DNA of 64,000 nucleotides from NCBI GenBank assembly GCA_963779755.1, contig CAVZZO010000001.1:576001-640000 (forward strand), in the 5' to 3' direction. The notes beneath the pieces are model-generated. The model had not been told where the DNA came from. It made no database searches and saw only the letters and a list, made by a program, of their open reading frames with translations. Positions 17,947-26,436 of the stretch are shown here, in pieces; the first letter of the stretch is position 1, and each line of letters starts with the position of its first letter. A program made the translations under genes and the position numbers. This DNA comes from an uncultured Gemmatimonadales bacterium. Its GTDB lineage: Bacteria; Gemmatimonadota; Gemmatimonadetes; Gemmatimonadales; GWC2-71-9.

Positions 17947-19038
17947 TCAACCCCGGGCGGCGCGGAACGCCGCTTTGAGCAGCGACTGGAAGTGATGCAC
18001 GCCGGTTTCCATGTCGGCGGAGAAACGCCCCCGGTCATAGACACCGGAGCCGAGTCCTTCCTGGACCCGTTCGCAGATCTCGATGTCTTCCGCCTGGACC
18101 CCGTCGGAGAATGCCAGGTCGTCGGCGATGATCTTCCGGGCTGCCGGCGATTCCCTGTCCGCATAGTAGTAGCGGAAGACGATGCGGCAGCGGTCCGGCC
18201 CCAGCGGTTCGACCAGATTGGTCTGCAGCCGCCCCGGCAGGATGTTGAACATGCAGTTGGGGAAGATGCAGTAATAGAGCGCCTCGCCCCGGGAGACGCC
18301 ATAGGGCGTGTCCTTGCCGTTGAGGGGCCCCACCTGGAGCGAGTAGCGGTCGTACACTTCGGTGCGGTAGGCCTGGAAGTCGTACAGGCTGCACAGCTCG
18401 GGATGCACGTGAGGGACGTGGTACGCCTCGAGATAGTTGTCCACGTACACCTTCCAGTTGCAGCGGGCCTCGTAGTCCACCCGGGCCGCGAACCGGAGCC
18501 CGTCGAACCGCATCGGCGCCATCCGCTCCGCGATGCCCGCGAGCGAGGTCGCGAGCGGTTCCGGATCGTCCGCCAGATTCACGAACAACAGGCCCTGCCA
18601 CTCCGCCAGCCGCACCGGCACCAGGCCGTAGTCTTTCTTGTCGAACAGCTCGGTGCGGTTCATGTGCGGCACGCCCCGCAGCATGCCATCCAGCCGGTAG
18701 GTCCAGCCGTGGTAGCGGCACTGGAGCATGCCGGCATGTCCGTCCTTGAGCGCCAGCGGGCCGCCGCGGTGGCGGCAGACGTTATAGAACGCGTGGATGG
18801 CGCCGTCGCCGGCCCGGACGACGAGCACCGGTTTGCGCGCCACCATGACGACCAGGTGGTCTCCCGCCCGGGCCAGCTGGCTCACATGGCCGACATGCTG
18901 CCAGGTGCGCTGGAAGACGGTCTCGCGCTCCAGGGCCTCGATATCAGGGTCGGTATACCAGACGGCCGGGATGGTCTCTGCGCGCTCGACCGGGGCGATT
19001 TCAAGGTCCCGGGGAGAGATGTGAGGTGTCGGCGTCAC
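17947..19038 (-). CDS. Rieske non-heme iron oxygenase alpha subunit (choline monooxygenase-like)
   Basis: CRH...CRYH Rieske ligands; NWK..DNYLEAYHVPHVH; EDIEICERVQ. Confidence 0.92.
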   Translation of the reverse strand: MTPTPHISPRDLEIAPVERAETIPAVWYTDPDIEALERETVFQRTWQHVGHVSQLARAGDHLVVMVARKPVLVVRAGDGAIHAFYNVCRHRGGPLALKDGHAGMLQCRYHGWTYRLDGMLRGVPHMNRTELFDKKDYGLVPVRLAEWQGLLFVNLADDPEPLATSLAGIAERMAPMRFDGLRFAARVDYEARCNWKVYVDNYLEAYHVPHVHPELCSLYDFQAYRTEVYDRYSLQVGPLNGKDTPYGVSRGEALYYCIFPNCMFNILPGRLQTNLVEPLGPDRCRIVFRYYYADRESPAARKIIADDLAFSDGVQAEDIEICERVQEGLGSGVYDRGRFSADMETGVHHFQSLLKAAFRAARG

Positions 19039-19104
19039 GCGCTCCGCATGGTCGGAGGGAAACCGGATGGCAAGAGACCTCGACCGTCCCCGTGGGGGGC
19101 GCCC

Positions 19105-19153
19105 TGATTCCTCATTCCCGATTCCTGATTCCTGATTCCTGATTCCTGATTCC
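19105..19153. repeat. Heptamer tandem repeat (TGATTCC)x7
   Basis: tgattcc tcattcc cgattcc then tgattcc x4. Confidence 0.85.
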
Positions 19154-19329
19154 TAGAACTCCCGCCGCTTCATCTCCTTGAAGAGCCGGCGGGTTTCCGA
19201 GTCATCGTCCTGTTTGGCGATCCGCAGGGTGTCATCGTACTGGGCCGCCCGCTCCTGCACGGGAGGCTTGATCCTGGCGGCGTTCTTCTTCACCAGGGCG
19301 GCCAGTTTCTGGTCGTCACGCTTGGTCAT
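19153..19329 (-). CDS. Small charged hypothetical protein, 58 aa (absent from the ORF track)
   Basis: MTKRDDQKLAALVKKNAARIKPPVQERAAQYDDTLRIAKQDDDSETRRLFKEMKRREF; host-like GC3; GGAG upstream. Confidence 0.75.
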   Translation of the reverse strand: MTKRDDQKLAALVKKNAARIKPPVQERAAQYDDTLRIAKQDDDSETRRLFKEMKRREF

Positions 19330-19354
19330 GGGCCGGGGGCTCCGAGAGTAGTGG

Positions 19355-20032
19355 CTATCCGGGTAATCTAATGGACAACTTCCCGTCTCTCACCTCCAGC
19401 CCGGCCAGGTTCTCCACCACGGTCCCGGCCCCGGCGGCCGCCAACGCCTCAGGTGTGTGGGTGGTCGCCACCGCCACCACCCGCATCCCGGCGGCCCGGG
19501 CAGCCTGGATGCCGGCGGGCGCATCCTCCAGCACAATGCATTGCGAGGGGTGGGCCCCCAGCCGGCGCGCGGCCGCCATGTAGCCCTGGGGATCGGGTTT
19601 TCCCCGCTCGACATCCTCTGCGGTAATGAACACGGCCGGGGGCTCGAGCCCCACGGTCCGGAGCCGCAGGGTGGCCACGCCGACGCCGCCCGAGGTCACC
19701 ACCGCCCAGCACCGGGGGTCGAGCGCGACGGTCAGCTCCCGGGCCCCGGGAACGGCTGCCAGGCCTTCAGTCTCTTCCCCCTCCATGGCGTCGAGAATCG
19801 CCGCCTCCCGGCGGGCGTCGAGCTCCGGGGCCACCAGGGCGATGGTCTCCGAAATGCGCCGGCCGTGGGCGATCCGGATGAAGGGCTCCGGATCGCGGCC
19901 GCGCTCCGCCCCCCAGCGGCGCCACACCCGCTCGACCACGCCCCGGGAATCCACCAGAACGCCGTCGAGGTCGAAGAGGAGGGCCGCGAACGAAAGGGAA
20001 TGGGGAATCGGGAATGGGGAATCGGGGGTCAC
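19355..20032 (-). CDS. HAD-superfamily phosphatase (YfbT-like)
   Basis: FDLDGVLVD, VVTSG, GKPDP, LEDAPAG; start uncertain (GTG). Confidence 0.9.
   Translation of the reverse strand: MTPDSPFPIPHSLSFAALLFDLDGVLVDSRGVVERVWRRWGAERGRDPEPFIRIAHGRRISETIALVAPELDARREAAILDAMEGEETEGLAAVPGARELTVALDPRCWAVVTSGGVGVATLRLRTVGLEPPAVFITAEDVERGKPDPQGYMAAARRLGAHPSQCIVLEDAPAGIQAARAAGMRVVAVATTHTPEALAAAGAGTVVENLAGLEVRDGKLSIRLPG
19996..20023. repeat. Heptamer tandem repeat (GGGAAT[GC])x4
   Basis: gggaatg gggaatc gggaatg gggaatc; inverted relative to 19105-19153. Confidence 0.75.
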
Positions 20033-20084
20033 GGGCAGGGGACGGCTGGAGCCCAGGTTGTGCGTGTCACCATCCGGACCCGCC

Positions 20085-20486
20085 ATGTCACGTTCCCCGC
20101 TGGACTCGCCGGTCATCTCATCCCATACCCGGGCCGCCTGGCCCGCGGTGCTGGTGCTGGGCCTCGTTCTCATGGCCCAGGCGGCATGCGGAGCCTGGAT
20201 CCGCATCCCGGCCCCCGGCCCGGCGGTGATGCCGCCCGATCAACGCGTGCAGGTCTGGCGCGGCAGAGAATCGTGGATCCTGATGGGGGTCACCATCGGA
20301 ACCGACTCCCTCTGGGGTGCGCCGCTGCAGCCGACCGGAGAGCCCGCCGGCCGGCTGGCGCTCGCCCGCTGGGAGGTCGATTCCTTCCGGGTGGAATCCG
20401 AGGGCCAGGGGAGCACGCCCTTCTTCGCCTTCCTGGGCGGTTTCATTCTGGCGCTGGAGTTTCTTCGCCACGCCTGGAGTACCTGA
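20085..20486 (+). CDS. Hypothetical membrane/lipoprotein
   Basis: Hydrophobic segment ending AAC; C-terminal TM. Confidence 0.55.
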   Translation: MSRSPLDSPVISSHTRAAWPAVLVLGLVLMAQAACGAWIRIPAPGPAVMPPDQRVQVWRGRESWILMGVTIGTDSLWGAPLQPTGEPAGRLALARWEVDSFRVESEGQGSTPFFAFLGGFILALEFLRHAWST

Positions 20487-20519
20487 AAGGCGAAGGCGGC
20501 CGGCCCAGGCCGATCGCAC

Positions 20520-20792
20520 TCAGGCGGTCCCGAACCGGCGGGCTGCCCGCTGCCGGGCGCGCGCGGCTTCGACCTCACGGTCGCGCGGCGCCGCGCTGGT
20601 CACCAGCGAGTCTACCAGCGTGCGCGCCGCCGCGGCGACCTCGTTCACGGCCTGGTCGAACGCCGCCTGGTTGGCCTGCGACGGCCGGGTGAAGCCGGAG
20701 ACCTTGCGCACGAACTGGAGCGAGGCCGCACGCACCTCGTCATCGCTGGCGGGCGGATCGAAGTTGAACAGGGGTTTGATGTTGCGGCACAT
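20520..20792 (-). CDS. DUF2277 family protein
   Basis: MCRNIKPLFNFDPPA..AASLQFVRKVSG. Confidence 0.9.
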   Translation of the reverse strand: MCRNIKPLFNFDPPASDDEVRAASLQFVRKVSGFTRPSQANQAAFDQAVNEVAAAARTLVDSLVTSAAPRDREVEAARARQRAARRFGTA

Positions 20793-20906
20793 GATTCCTC
20801 CAGCGTTTCGGCTGCTCCGGGGTAGCGGATAGAGCATATCGGGTTGACACGGCCAGACAAGGGGCATTACCGAAAGAGGAACCCCGAAACGCGAAGGAGA
20901 GCCGAA

Positions 20907-21854
20907 ATGCCCTCACGCACTCCGCTGTTGCTCGCTCTGACCGCAACGCTGCTGGCCGCATGCGGTGCCAAGGAAGCCGCTCCGCCGCCGGCCCCTCCGG
21001 TCGTGAACATCGTCGCCCAGGGGCTCACCTTTCAGGCGCCCGATTCCGTTTCCGCCGGGTGGACGACGTTCCGCTTCACCAATGCGTCCGACCGGGTGCA
21101 TTTCGCGGTGATCGAGCTCCTTCCCGACGGCATCGGCGTGGCCCAGCAGCAGCGGGAGGCGGCGCCGGTCTTCCAGCAGGGGATGGACCTGCTCAGTGCG
21201 GGGAAGACCGATGCCGCCATGAAGAAGTTCGGCGAGCTGCCCGCCTGGTTCGGCAAGGTGATCTTCCATGGCGGCCCGGGCCTCACCTCCTCCGGCCACA
21301 CCAGCGAGGTCACCGTGCGGCTGCAACCCGGCACCTACCTGCTGGAGTGCTACGTCAAGACCAACGGCGTCTTCCACTCCTACAATCCCGACACGTCTGC
21401 CTACGGCATGGTGCACCAGTTTACCGTGGTGCCGGATACCTCGCAGGGGCCGCCACCCGAGGCGAATGTGCAGCTCACGCTCTCCAGCGCCGGCGGTATC
21501 GTCATGAACGGCGAGATGGCGCCGGGCTCGAACACGGTCGCCGTGCATTTCCAGGACCAGAAGGCCTACGCCAATTTCGTGGGGCATGACGTGCACCTGG
21601 TCCGGCTCAGCGACAGCACCGACACCGCCGCCGTCGCCGGATGGATGGACTGGACGCAGAAAGGCGGGCTCGCCACGCCGGCGCCGGCCGAGTTCCTGGG
21701 CGGTCTCAACGAGATGCCGGCCGGGTCCACCGGTTATCTCACCGTCGAGCTGGAGCCCGGGCGCTATGCCTGGATTGCCGAGGTGCCGAACCCGCGGGAG
21801 AAGGGGATGTACCGGGAGTTCGTCGTTCGCGACGCGGGCAACGCGGAGACCTGA
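20907..21854 (+). CDS. Lipoprotein with two cupredoxin-like halves
   Basis: LLAAC lipobox; PGTYLLECY...H...GM and PGRYAW...GM; AAGGAG SD. Confidence 0.7.
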   Translation: MPSRTPLLLALTATLLAACGAKEAAPPPAPPVVNIVAQGLTFQAPDSVSAGWTTFRFTNASDRVHFAVIELLPDGIGVAQQQREAAPVFQQGMDLLSAGKTDAAMKKFGELPAWFGKVIFHGGPGLTSSGHTSEVTVRLQPGTYLLECYVKTNGVFHSYNPDTSAYGMVHQFTVVPDTSQGPPPEANVQLTLSSAGGIVMNGEMAPGSNTVAVHFQDQKAYANFVGHDVHLVRLSDSTDTAAVAGWMDWTQKGGLATPAPAEFLGGLNEMPAGSTGYLTVELEPGRYAWIAEVPNPREKGMYREFVVRDAGNAET

Positions 21855-21896
21855 GTTATTCTGTCCCGTTCCGGCGCCGGCAGGCCCGTCGCCGGT

Positions 21897-22307
21897 TCAG
21901 GCCGGCTGGCCCGGCGTCTCCGGCCTGGCCGGCATGGGCTGAGACTTCAACCAGTCCAGCGCCTCCTCCATGCCGCGGAACACTTCGGTGCGCGGATGCC
22001 GCACTTCCGTCAGCCCCATGTACATGCGGGCCATCCCGTACTCCACATCCGACGCTACCACCAGCGCCACGGCCCCGCACTCCAGGCGTTCGGCCGTCGC
22101 GCGGGCGACCGACGCCAGGTGCTTCACCACCTCGATGGAGTCGCCCTGCACTACCTGGCTGGAGTCGACCAGAACCGGTGCGCCCCGGACGATGGCCGGA
22201 TCGGCGAGCCGGGTCTGCAGGCTGGCATTCTCCTCTGGAATACTCAAGCTTCCCCACCGTTCCACCACGACGATGCCGTCCGGTCGGACATGATGGCGTA
22301 TTGGCAC
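21897..22307 (-). CDS. Hypothetical STAS/SpoIIAA-like protein
   Basis: PVLVD, AVALVV..VEYGMARMY, EVFRGMEEALDWL. Confidence 0.7.
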   Translation of the reverse strand: MPIRHHVRPDGIVVVERWGSLSIPEENASLQTRLADPAIVRGAPVLVDSSQVVQGDSIEVVKHLASVARATAERLECGAVALVVASDVEYGMARMYMGLTEVRHPRTEVFRGMEEALDWLKSQPMPARPETPGQPA

Positions 22308-22668
22308 GGTTACTCCCTGCTGGTGCTCGCTCCACGGTGCAAGTTTCGCTGCGGGCGCGCCAGGGTCCGCACGCCCTGCAGGAAAAATACCGGGTTTGTT
22401 TCCGGGTAATTCTACGTGAAGCTGCCCATCGTCCACCGGGAGCCATGCCAGAAGCGCCAGCCCCGCCAACGCGGATACGGCCGAGGCCGGGAAAATGCCC
22501 AAATTGGCGCTGTCGATCAGGCTCGGGCTGTGGTGAAGCGGATTGCCGGAACGGGCGGGTCAGGCGGTCGGCAAACTCGCGCGGGAGTCGGGCGGCCCCG
22601 TCCGGGCCTGGCGGTTCATTGCGGTTCAGACGGCCGGTGGCCCGGCGGAGGGAGTGAGGCCGGGAGCC

Positions 22669-22875
22669 TCAGGGCTCCCACCGGAGCAGCTTGCCCGGCT
22701 GCAGGTGAAAGAACCTGCAGAGAGCATCGAGGGTCTCGGCGTGCAGCCGGGCGAACACCCCGTCGGCGCGCGAGAGACGGTAGGCGCTGGGATAGCTCAG
22801 GGTGGTGCCCTTGCTGAGGGCGTAGGCCGAGATATGGCGGGCCTTCATGATCTGGTGGATCCGGAGTCGTACCAT
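22669..22875 (-). CDS. XRE/Cro-like HTH transcriptional regulator
   Basis: ISAYALSKGTTLSYPSAYRL..ETLDALCRFFHLQPGKLL. Confidence 0.85.
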   Translation of the reverse strand: MVRLRIHQIMKARHISAYALSKGTTLSYPSAYRLSRADGVFARLHAETLDALCRFFHLQPGKLLRWEP

Positions 22876-22926
22876 GGGGCGAATCCTCAAGGGAGGGCCG
22901 CGGTAACGCTGGTATCGCGTCTGGCG

Positions 22927-22947
22927 GTATACAGCGCTGCAGTATAC
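22927..22947. promoter_or_regulatory. Candidate operator GTATAC-N9-GTATAC
   Basis: Dyad about 50 bp upstream of the XRE gene. Confidence 0.45.
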
Positions 22948-23204
22948 GTTGTGCACTGGTAGATAGCGAGGAGCCGAGCCCATGCCCCACTCTCTCTCCG
23001 ATCAACTTCGCAAGTCCCGTCAAGCCCGCGGTAGCGTTCGCGATTCGAACTCCAACGCGTCCAATCGGATGCCTGGGAGGGCCAAGCTGATCGCTACGCC
23101 CCTTCTCCCCCCGCCGTTCTGCGCGTGGTCCTCCCCGGCCCGCCATTGCGATGCGGGGCCGCAGTCCGATCCTTACGGTGCCCGCCGCAGGGCACGGTCA
23201 CGCC

Positions 23205-23936
23205 ATGAGCAGAAAACCACCGCGCAAGAAGGCCAGGCGCGCAAAGGCTCCGCCCGTGACGGACCAGTCTCCCATCGCGCTGGTGCTCATCGACGACAAC
23301 CGGCTGTTACGGGAAGGTCTCACGGCGATGATTCAGTCGCAGCCGGGGTTCCGGGTGCTGGTGGCATCCGCCGATGCCGTGGAGGCTCTGGAGAAGGTGC
23401 GGGAGGCCAAACCGGATGTGGTCCTGGTGGATGTCGGGCTGGAGAACCACGACAGCCTGAGGCTGACCGCGACGGTTCACAAGGAGGTTCCCGTGGCCCG
23501 GGTGATCGTCATGGGCCTCCTGCCGGGTCACGAGGAAGTAGCCCAGTACGTCCGGGCCGGGGCCTCCGGTTTCATCATGAAGGACGCGTCGTTCGAGGAC
23601 CTGGTCGCAACCATTCGCGTGGTGGCCCGCGGTGGCGAGGTCCTGCCCCGGGCGCTGACCACCTCGCTCTTTTCCGAGATCGCGCGCAATGCGTCCAGGA
23701 ACCGGGCCCTGGTTCTCGAGTCGGTGCGTCTGACCGCCCGGGAGCGCCAGGTGATAGACCTTCTGAGCGAAGGGCTGAGTAACAAGGAAATCGCGACCCG
23801 CCTGCACATCGCGATCCACACGGTCAAGAGCCACGTGCATAACGTCCTGGAAAAGCTGGCGCTCCGCAGCCGCCTCGAGGTGGCCGCGTTCAGCCACGCC
23901 GCGGGAGGCTCTTCCGGCCGCCTTCCTCAGGCCTGA
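23205..23936 (+). CDS. NarL/LuxR-family response regulator (orphan)
   Basis: LIDDNRLLREGL, VLVD, GASGFIMKD, LTARE..GLSNKEIA..TVKSHV. Confidence 0.93.
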   Translation: MSRKPPRKKARRAKAPPVTDQSPIALVLIDDNRLLREGLTAMIQSQPGFRVLVASADAVEALEKVREAKPDVVLVDVGLENHDSLRLTATVHKEVPVARVIVMGLLPGHEEVAQYVRAGASGFIMKDASFEDLVATIRVVARGGEVLPRALTTSLFSEIARNASRNRALVLESVRLTARERQVIDLLSEGLSNKEIATRLHIAIHTVKSHVHNVLEKLALRSRLEVAAFSHAAGGSSGRLPQA

Positions 23937-24235
23937 CCGGCCTCCCCTGGTTCCTTCGATCTCGATCCCGGTCCCATCCTCTGATCGATTGTCTCGCCCC
24001 GCCTGACCCCCTGACATTCCAGATCCGAGTTGCACGCCGGGGGACAGACCGTGACGCCTGCCCTCCGGCCCTCCCTTCGGCGGCCGTGGAGTCATCGGAC
24101 TTCCCGGGGAAGCCGGGGGAGGCCAGGCACCGACGGTCGAAGACGCTCCGAGCGAAGCGAAAGAGCCCGGGGGATGGACTCGTGGAGGCATCCCTCGCGG
24201 CTCTTCTGCGCGTGAAAACCATAGGGGGGCATGGA

Positions 24236-24520
24236 ATGGCAACCAGGGAATCCGAGGTGACGCGCCTGACCGGGTATCGGCTGGACCAGCTGGCGGCGGC
24301 CTTCGACCGGGTGCGAGACCCGCGAGACTGGAAGGCTCCGATCTGCGCGCTCATCCCGATTGCGGAGCGTCCGGTGGTTGAGCAGGCCGTGCTCTGGTTT
24401 ACGTCCACCGCTCCCATCTTCGAAGCGGCCCCGGGCGAGCAGAATCGTCTCGTGGTCATGGCGCCGGGCTACCGGCGTGGGCTCGTTGACGAAATACGGA
24501 CTCTTCGGGCCGAGGCATAG
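24236..24520 (+). CDS. Hypothetical protein
   Basis: AFDRVRDPRDWKAPI..VEQAVLWFT..APGY; G-rich SD. Confidence 0.6.
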   Translation: MATRESEVTRLTGYRLDQLAAAFDRVRDPRDWKAPICALIPIAERPVVEQAVLWFTSTAPIFEAAPGEQNRLVVMAPGYRRGLVDEIRTLRAEA

Positions 24521-24580
24521 CACAGGCGCTCGCGGCATCAGGCAGGCCGACGAGCTTGTCTTTCCTCCATGGAGGTACCC

Positions 24581-24916
24581 ATGCGGTTCGTTTCCCTGAG
24601 TCTTCTGCTGGCGGCCACGCTGCTGGTGCCGATCCGGTCGGCCCGCGCCCAGACGGTGGGCCCGGCCAGCCTGCGTGCCACCCCCGTTCAGCTCGCTTCG
24701 GCCGCGGCGCTGGCCCCCAGCGCAGCGGCCCTTACCGCCGAGCAGCCCGCGCTCCCGGTCATGGACCCGTATCAGCACGGCACCCGGCGTGAGGGCGCGG
24801 CCCTCATGCTCGTGGGAGTGGCCGGCATCGTCACCGGGCTGATTATCGACGAGCCGGTAGTGACGATCCTGTCCGCCGGGGTCGGAGGGCTGGGTCTCTA
24901 CCTGTACGTGCGGTGA
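24581..24916 (+). CDS. Hypothetical exported protein with C-terminal TM hairpin
   Basis: GGAGG SD, signal peptide ending ARA, two hydrophobic C-terminal segments. Confidence 0.7.
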   Translation: MRFVSLSLLLAATLLVPIRSARAQTVGPASLRATPVQLASAAALAPSAAALTAEQPALPVMDPYQHGTRREGAALMLVGVAGIVTGLIIDEPVVTILSAGVGGLGLYLYVR

Positions 24917-25440
24917 GCCCTGCCACCGCGGCGAGAACGATGGACCTGACCACGAGCAGGTACAGAGGGTTCAGGATCATGCCGTGCTCCTACCAGTTGC
25001 GCGAGTCCGGGTGCTGGACGGTCGACCTGGAAATCCGCCGCCGTGGCCGGAGGCTGCTATTCAGCCTTAATGAAAACCTCCCGACCGAAGAGCAGGCCCG
25101 TGTCCGCTGCTCCGGCCTGGGCCGGCGGATCATCGACGGCGGGTTGCCCGGGTGGTCGGTGGACCGCCTGCGGCGTGGCAGACGGGACTCCCCGAGCCTC
25201 ATCCACCGGTGCATGGCAGGACTCCTCCGGCCGCTCGTCCTGGCCGGCCTCCTGATGCTCGGTTTCGGCGCTTTCCTGTGGCTGCGCGAACCCCGTGTGA
25301 CCATCCGGTCCGATGCGCTCACCCTGGGCGCTGCGACGGCGGCGGCGCATGAGCAGCAGTCCGTTCAGCGCCGGGCCGCCGCCGCGGCACTGGTGACAGG
25401 CGTAACGCTCCTGGCGGTAGTCGGCCGGAAACGGGCCTGA
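24913..25440 (+). CDS. Hypothetical protein (soluble N-domain plus two TM; possible fusion)
   Basis: GTGA overlap with the upstream gene; two distinct halves. Confidence 0.55.
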   Translation: MSPATAARTMDLTTSRYRGFRIMPCSYQLRESGCWTVDLEIRRRGRRLLFSLNENLPTEEQARVRCSGLGRRIIDGGLPGWSVDRLRRGRRDSPSLIHRCMAGLLRPLVLAGLLMLGFGAFLWLREPRVTIRSDALTLGAATAAAHEQQSVQRRAAAAALVTGVTLLAVVGRKRA

Positions 25441-25652
25441 ACGGCCGCAGGCCGATGCTTCCTGAAGTCGTTGGCGTAGCTCTTCCGAGCTAGGTCACAA
25501 TCCATTCCAATGGTCGATTTCACTCCCGGGCCTCCGGCGGTACACTTCTTGGTTGCACTGGACGGCCCGGCCTTTCGCTATGGCCGCCAACCGCCAGTGG
25601 CGGTTCTGAGGCAGGACGGCCCCGGCTGCACCGGGTACTCGATGGAGGTTGT

Positions 25653-26147
25653 ATGATCTCTCGCCCTATGCTCGCGGTCGCCCTCGTCCTTCTCTCTTCT
25701 ACTGCCGCCTGTGGCGCCTTTCACAATTCGCAGGCGGTCTCGGTGAACACCCAGGATGCGATGCTCAATAGCCGCTGGCACGCCAACCTCGCCTCTCCCT
25801 CGACACTGGCCGGAGCGGTGCAGATGAACGGTTCGGCGTCCCTGGCCCCCAGTCCGGACAGCAGCAGCACCCGCATCACCCTGAACCTGGCCAACGCATC
25901 TCCCGGTGGTCTTCACCCGTGGGCGGTGCACTATGGACAATGCGGCGAGGGTATGGATGGCGGCGTGTTCGGAGCCGGCGACGCCTACGAGCCGCTCAAG
26001 GTCGATTCCGATGGCCACGCGGCCGGGACCACGATGGTTACGATGCAGACGCCAAAGACCGGCAGGTATTTCGCCGTCGTCTACGCGTCGGTGGCAAACC
26101 CGGACATGGTGATCGCCTGCGGCAATCTCGCTCCACCGACGCAATGA
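25653..26147 (+). CDS. Lipoprotein, Cu/Zn-SOD-like fold with a reduced His set
   Basis: GGAGG SD, AAC lipobox, HPWAVHYGQC and IACGNL. Confidence 0.65.
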   Translation: MISRPMLAVALVLLSSTAACGAFHNSQAVSVNTQDAMLNSRWHANLASPSTLAGAVQMNGSASLAPSPDSSSTRITLNLANASPGGLHPWAVHYGQCGEGMDGGVFGAGDAYEPLKVDSDGHAAGTTMVTMQTPKTGRYFAVVYASVANPDMVIACGNLAPPTQ

Positions 26148-26199
26148 GCACTCGCGGAAGGCATGAAGGTTCACGAAGCACCGTTGCCTGGAGCGTCAT

Positions 26200-26352
26200 A
26201 TGCTCTTCATTCTGGCCGTCATTCTGGTCGTAGGCTGGGTTCTCGGATTTGGCGTATTCCACGTTGCGGGGGGACTGATCCATCTCCTTCTGCTCCTGGC
26301 ACTCATCGCCATCCTGTGGCACTTTCTCAGCGGACGCCGCACCAGCGTGTGA
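26200..26352 (+). CDS. lmo0937/DUF5670-like small membrane protein, 50 aa (absent from the ORF track)
   Basis: MLFILAVILVVGWVLGFGVFHVAGGLIHLLLLLALIAILWHFLSGRRTSV. Confidence 0.85.
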   Translation: MLFILAVILVVGWVLGFGVFHVAGGLIHLLLLLALIAILWHFLSGRRTSV

Positions 26353-26436
26353 GACGCCCGGGTGGTCCGGAAGGGAAGAGGCGGCCGCGAGGCCGCCTCT
26401 TGGTGTGTCCCTTGCGCTGACCTGATCCCCCGGCGG

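Noticed and set aside
17616..18232. DGR template/variable repeat pair
   Set aside because: Only one substitution, with the adenine in the gene rather than the non-coding copy; no reverse transcriptase in the window.
20844..20906. Promoter or riboswitch upstream of the cupredoxin-like gene
   Set aside because: TTGACA lacks a well-spaced -10, and no known riboswitch consensus was recognised.
22410..22560. Hydrophobic stretch resembling a transporter C-terminal remnant
   Set aside because: Too short to assign; treated as upstream of the real start at 22307.
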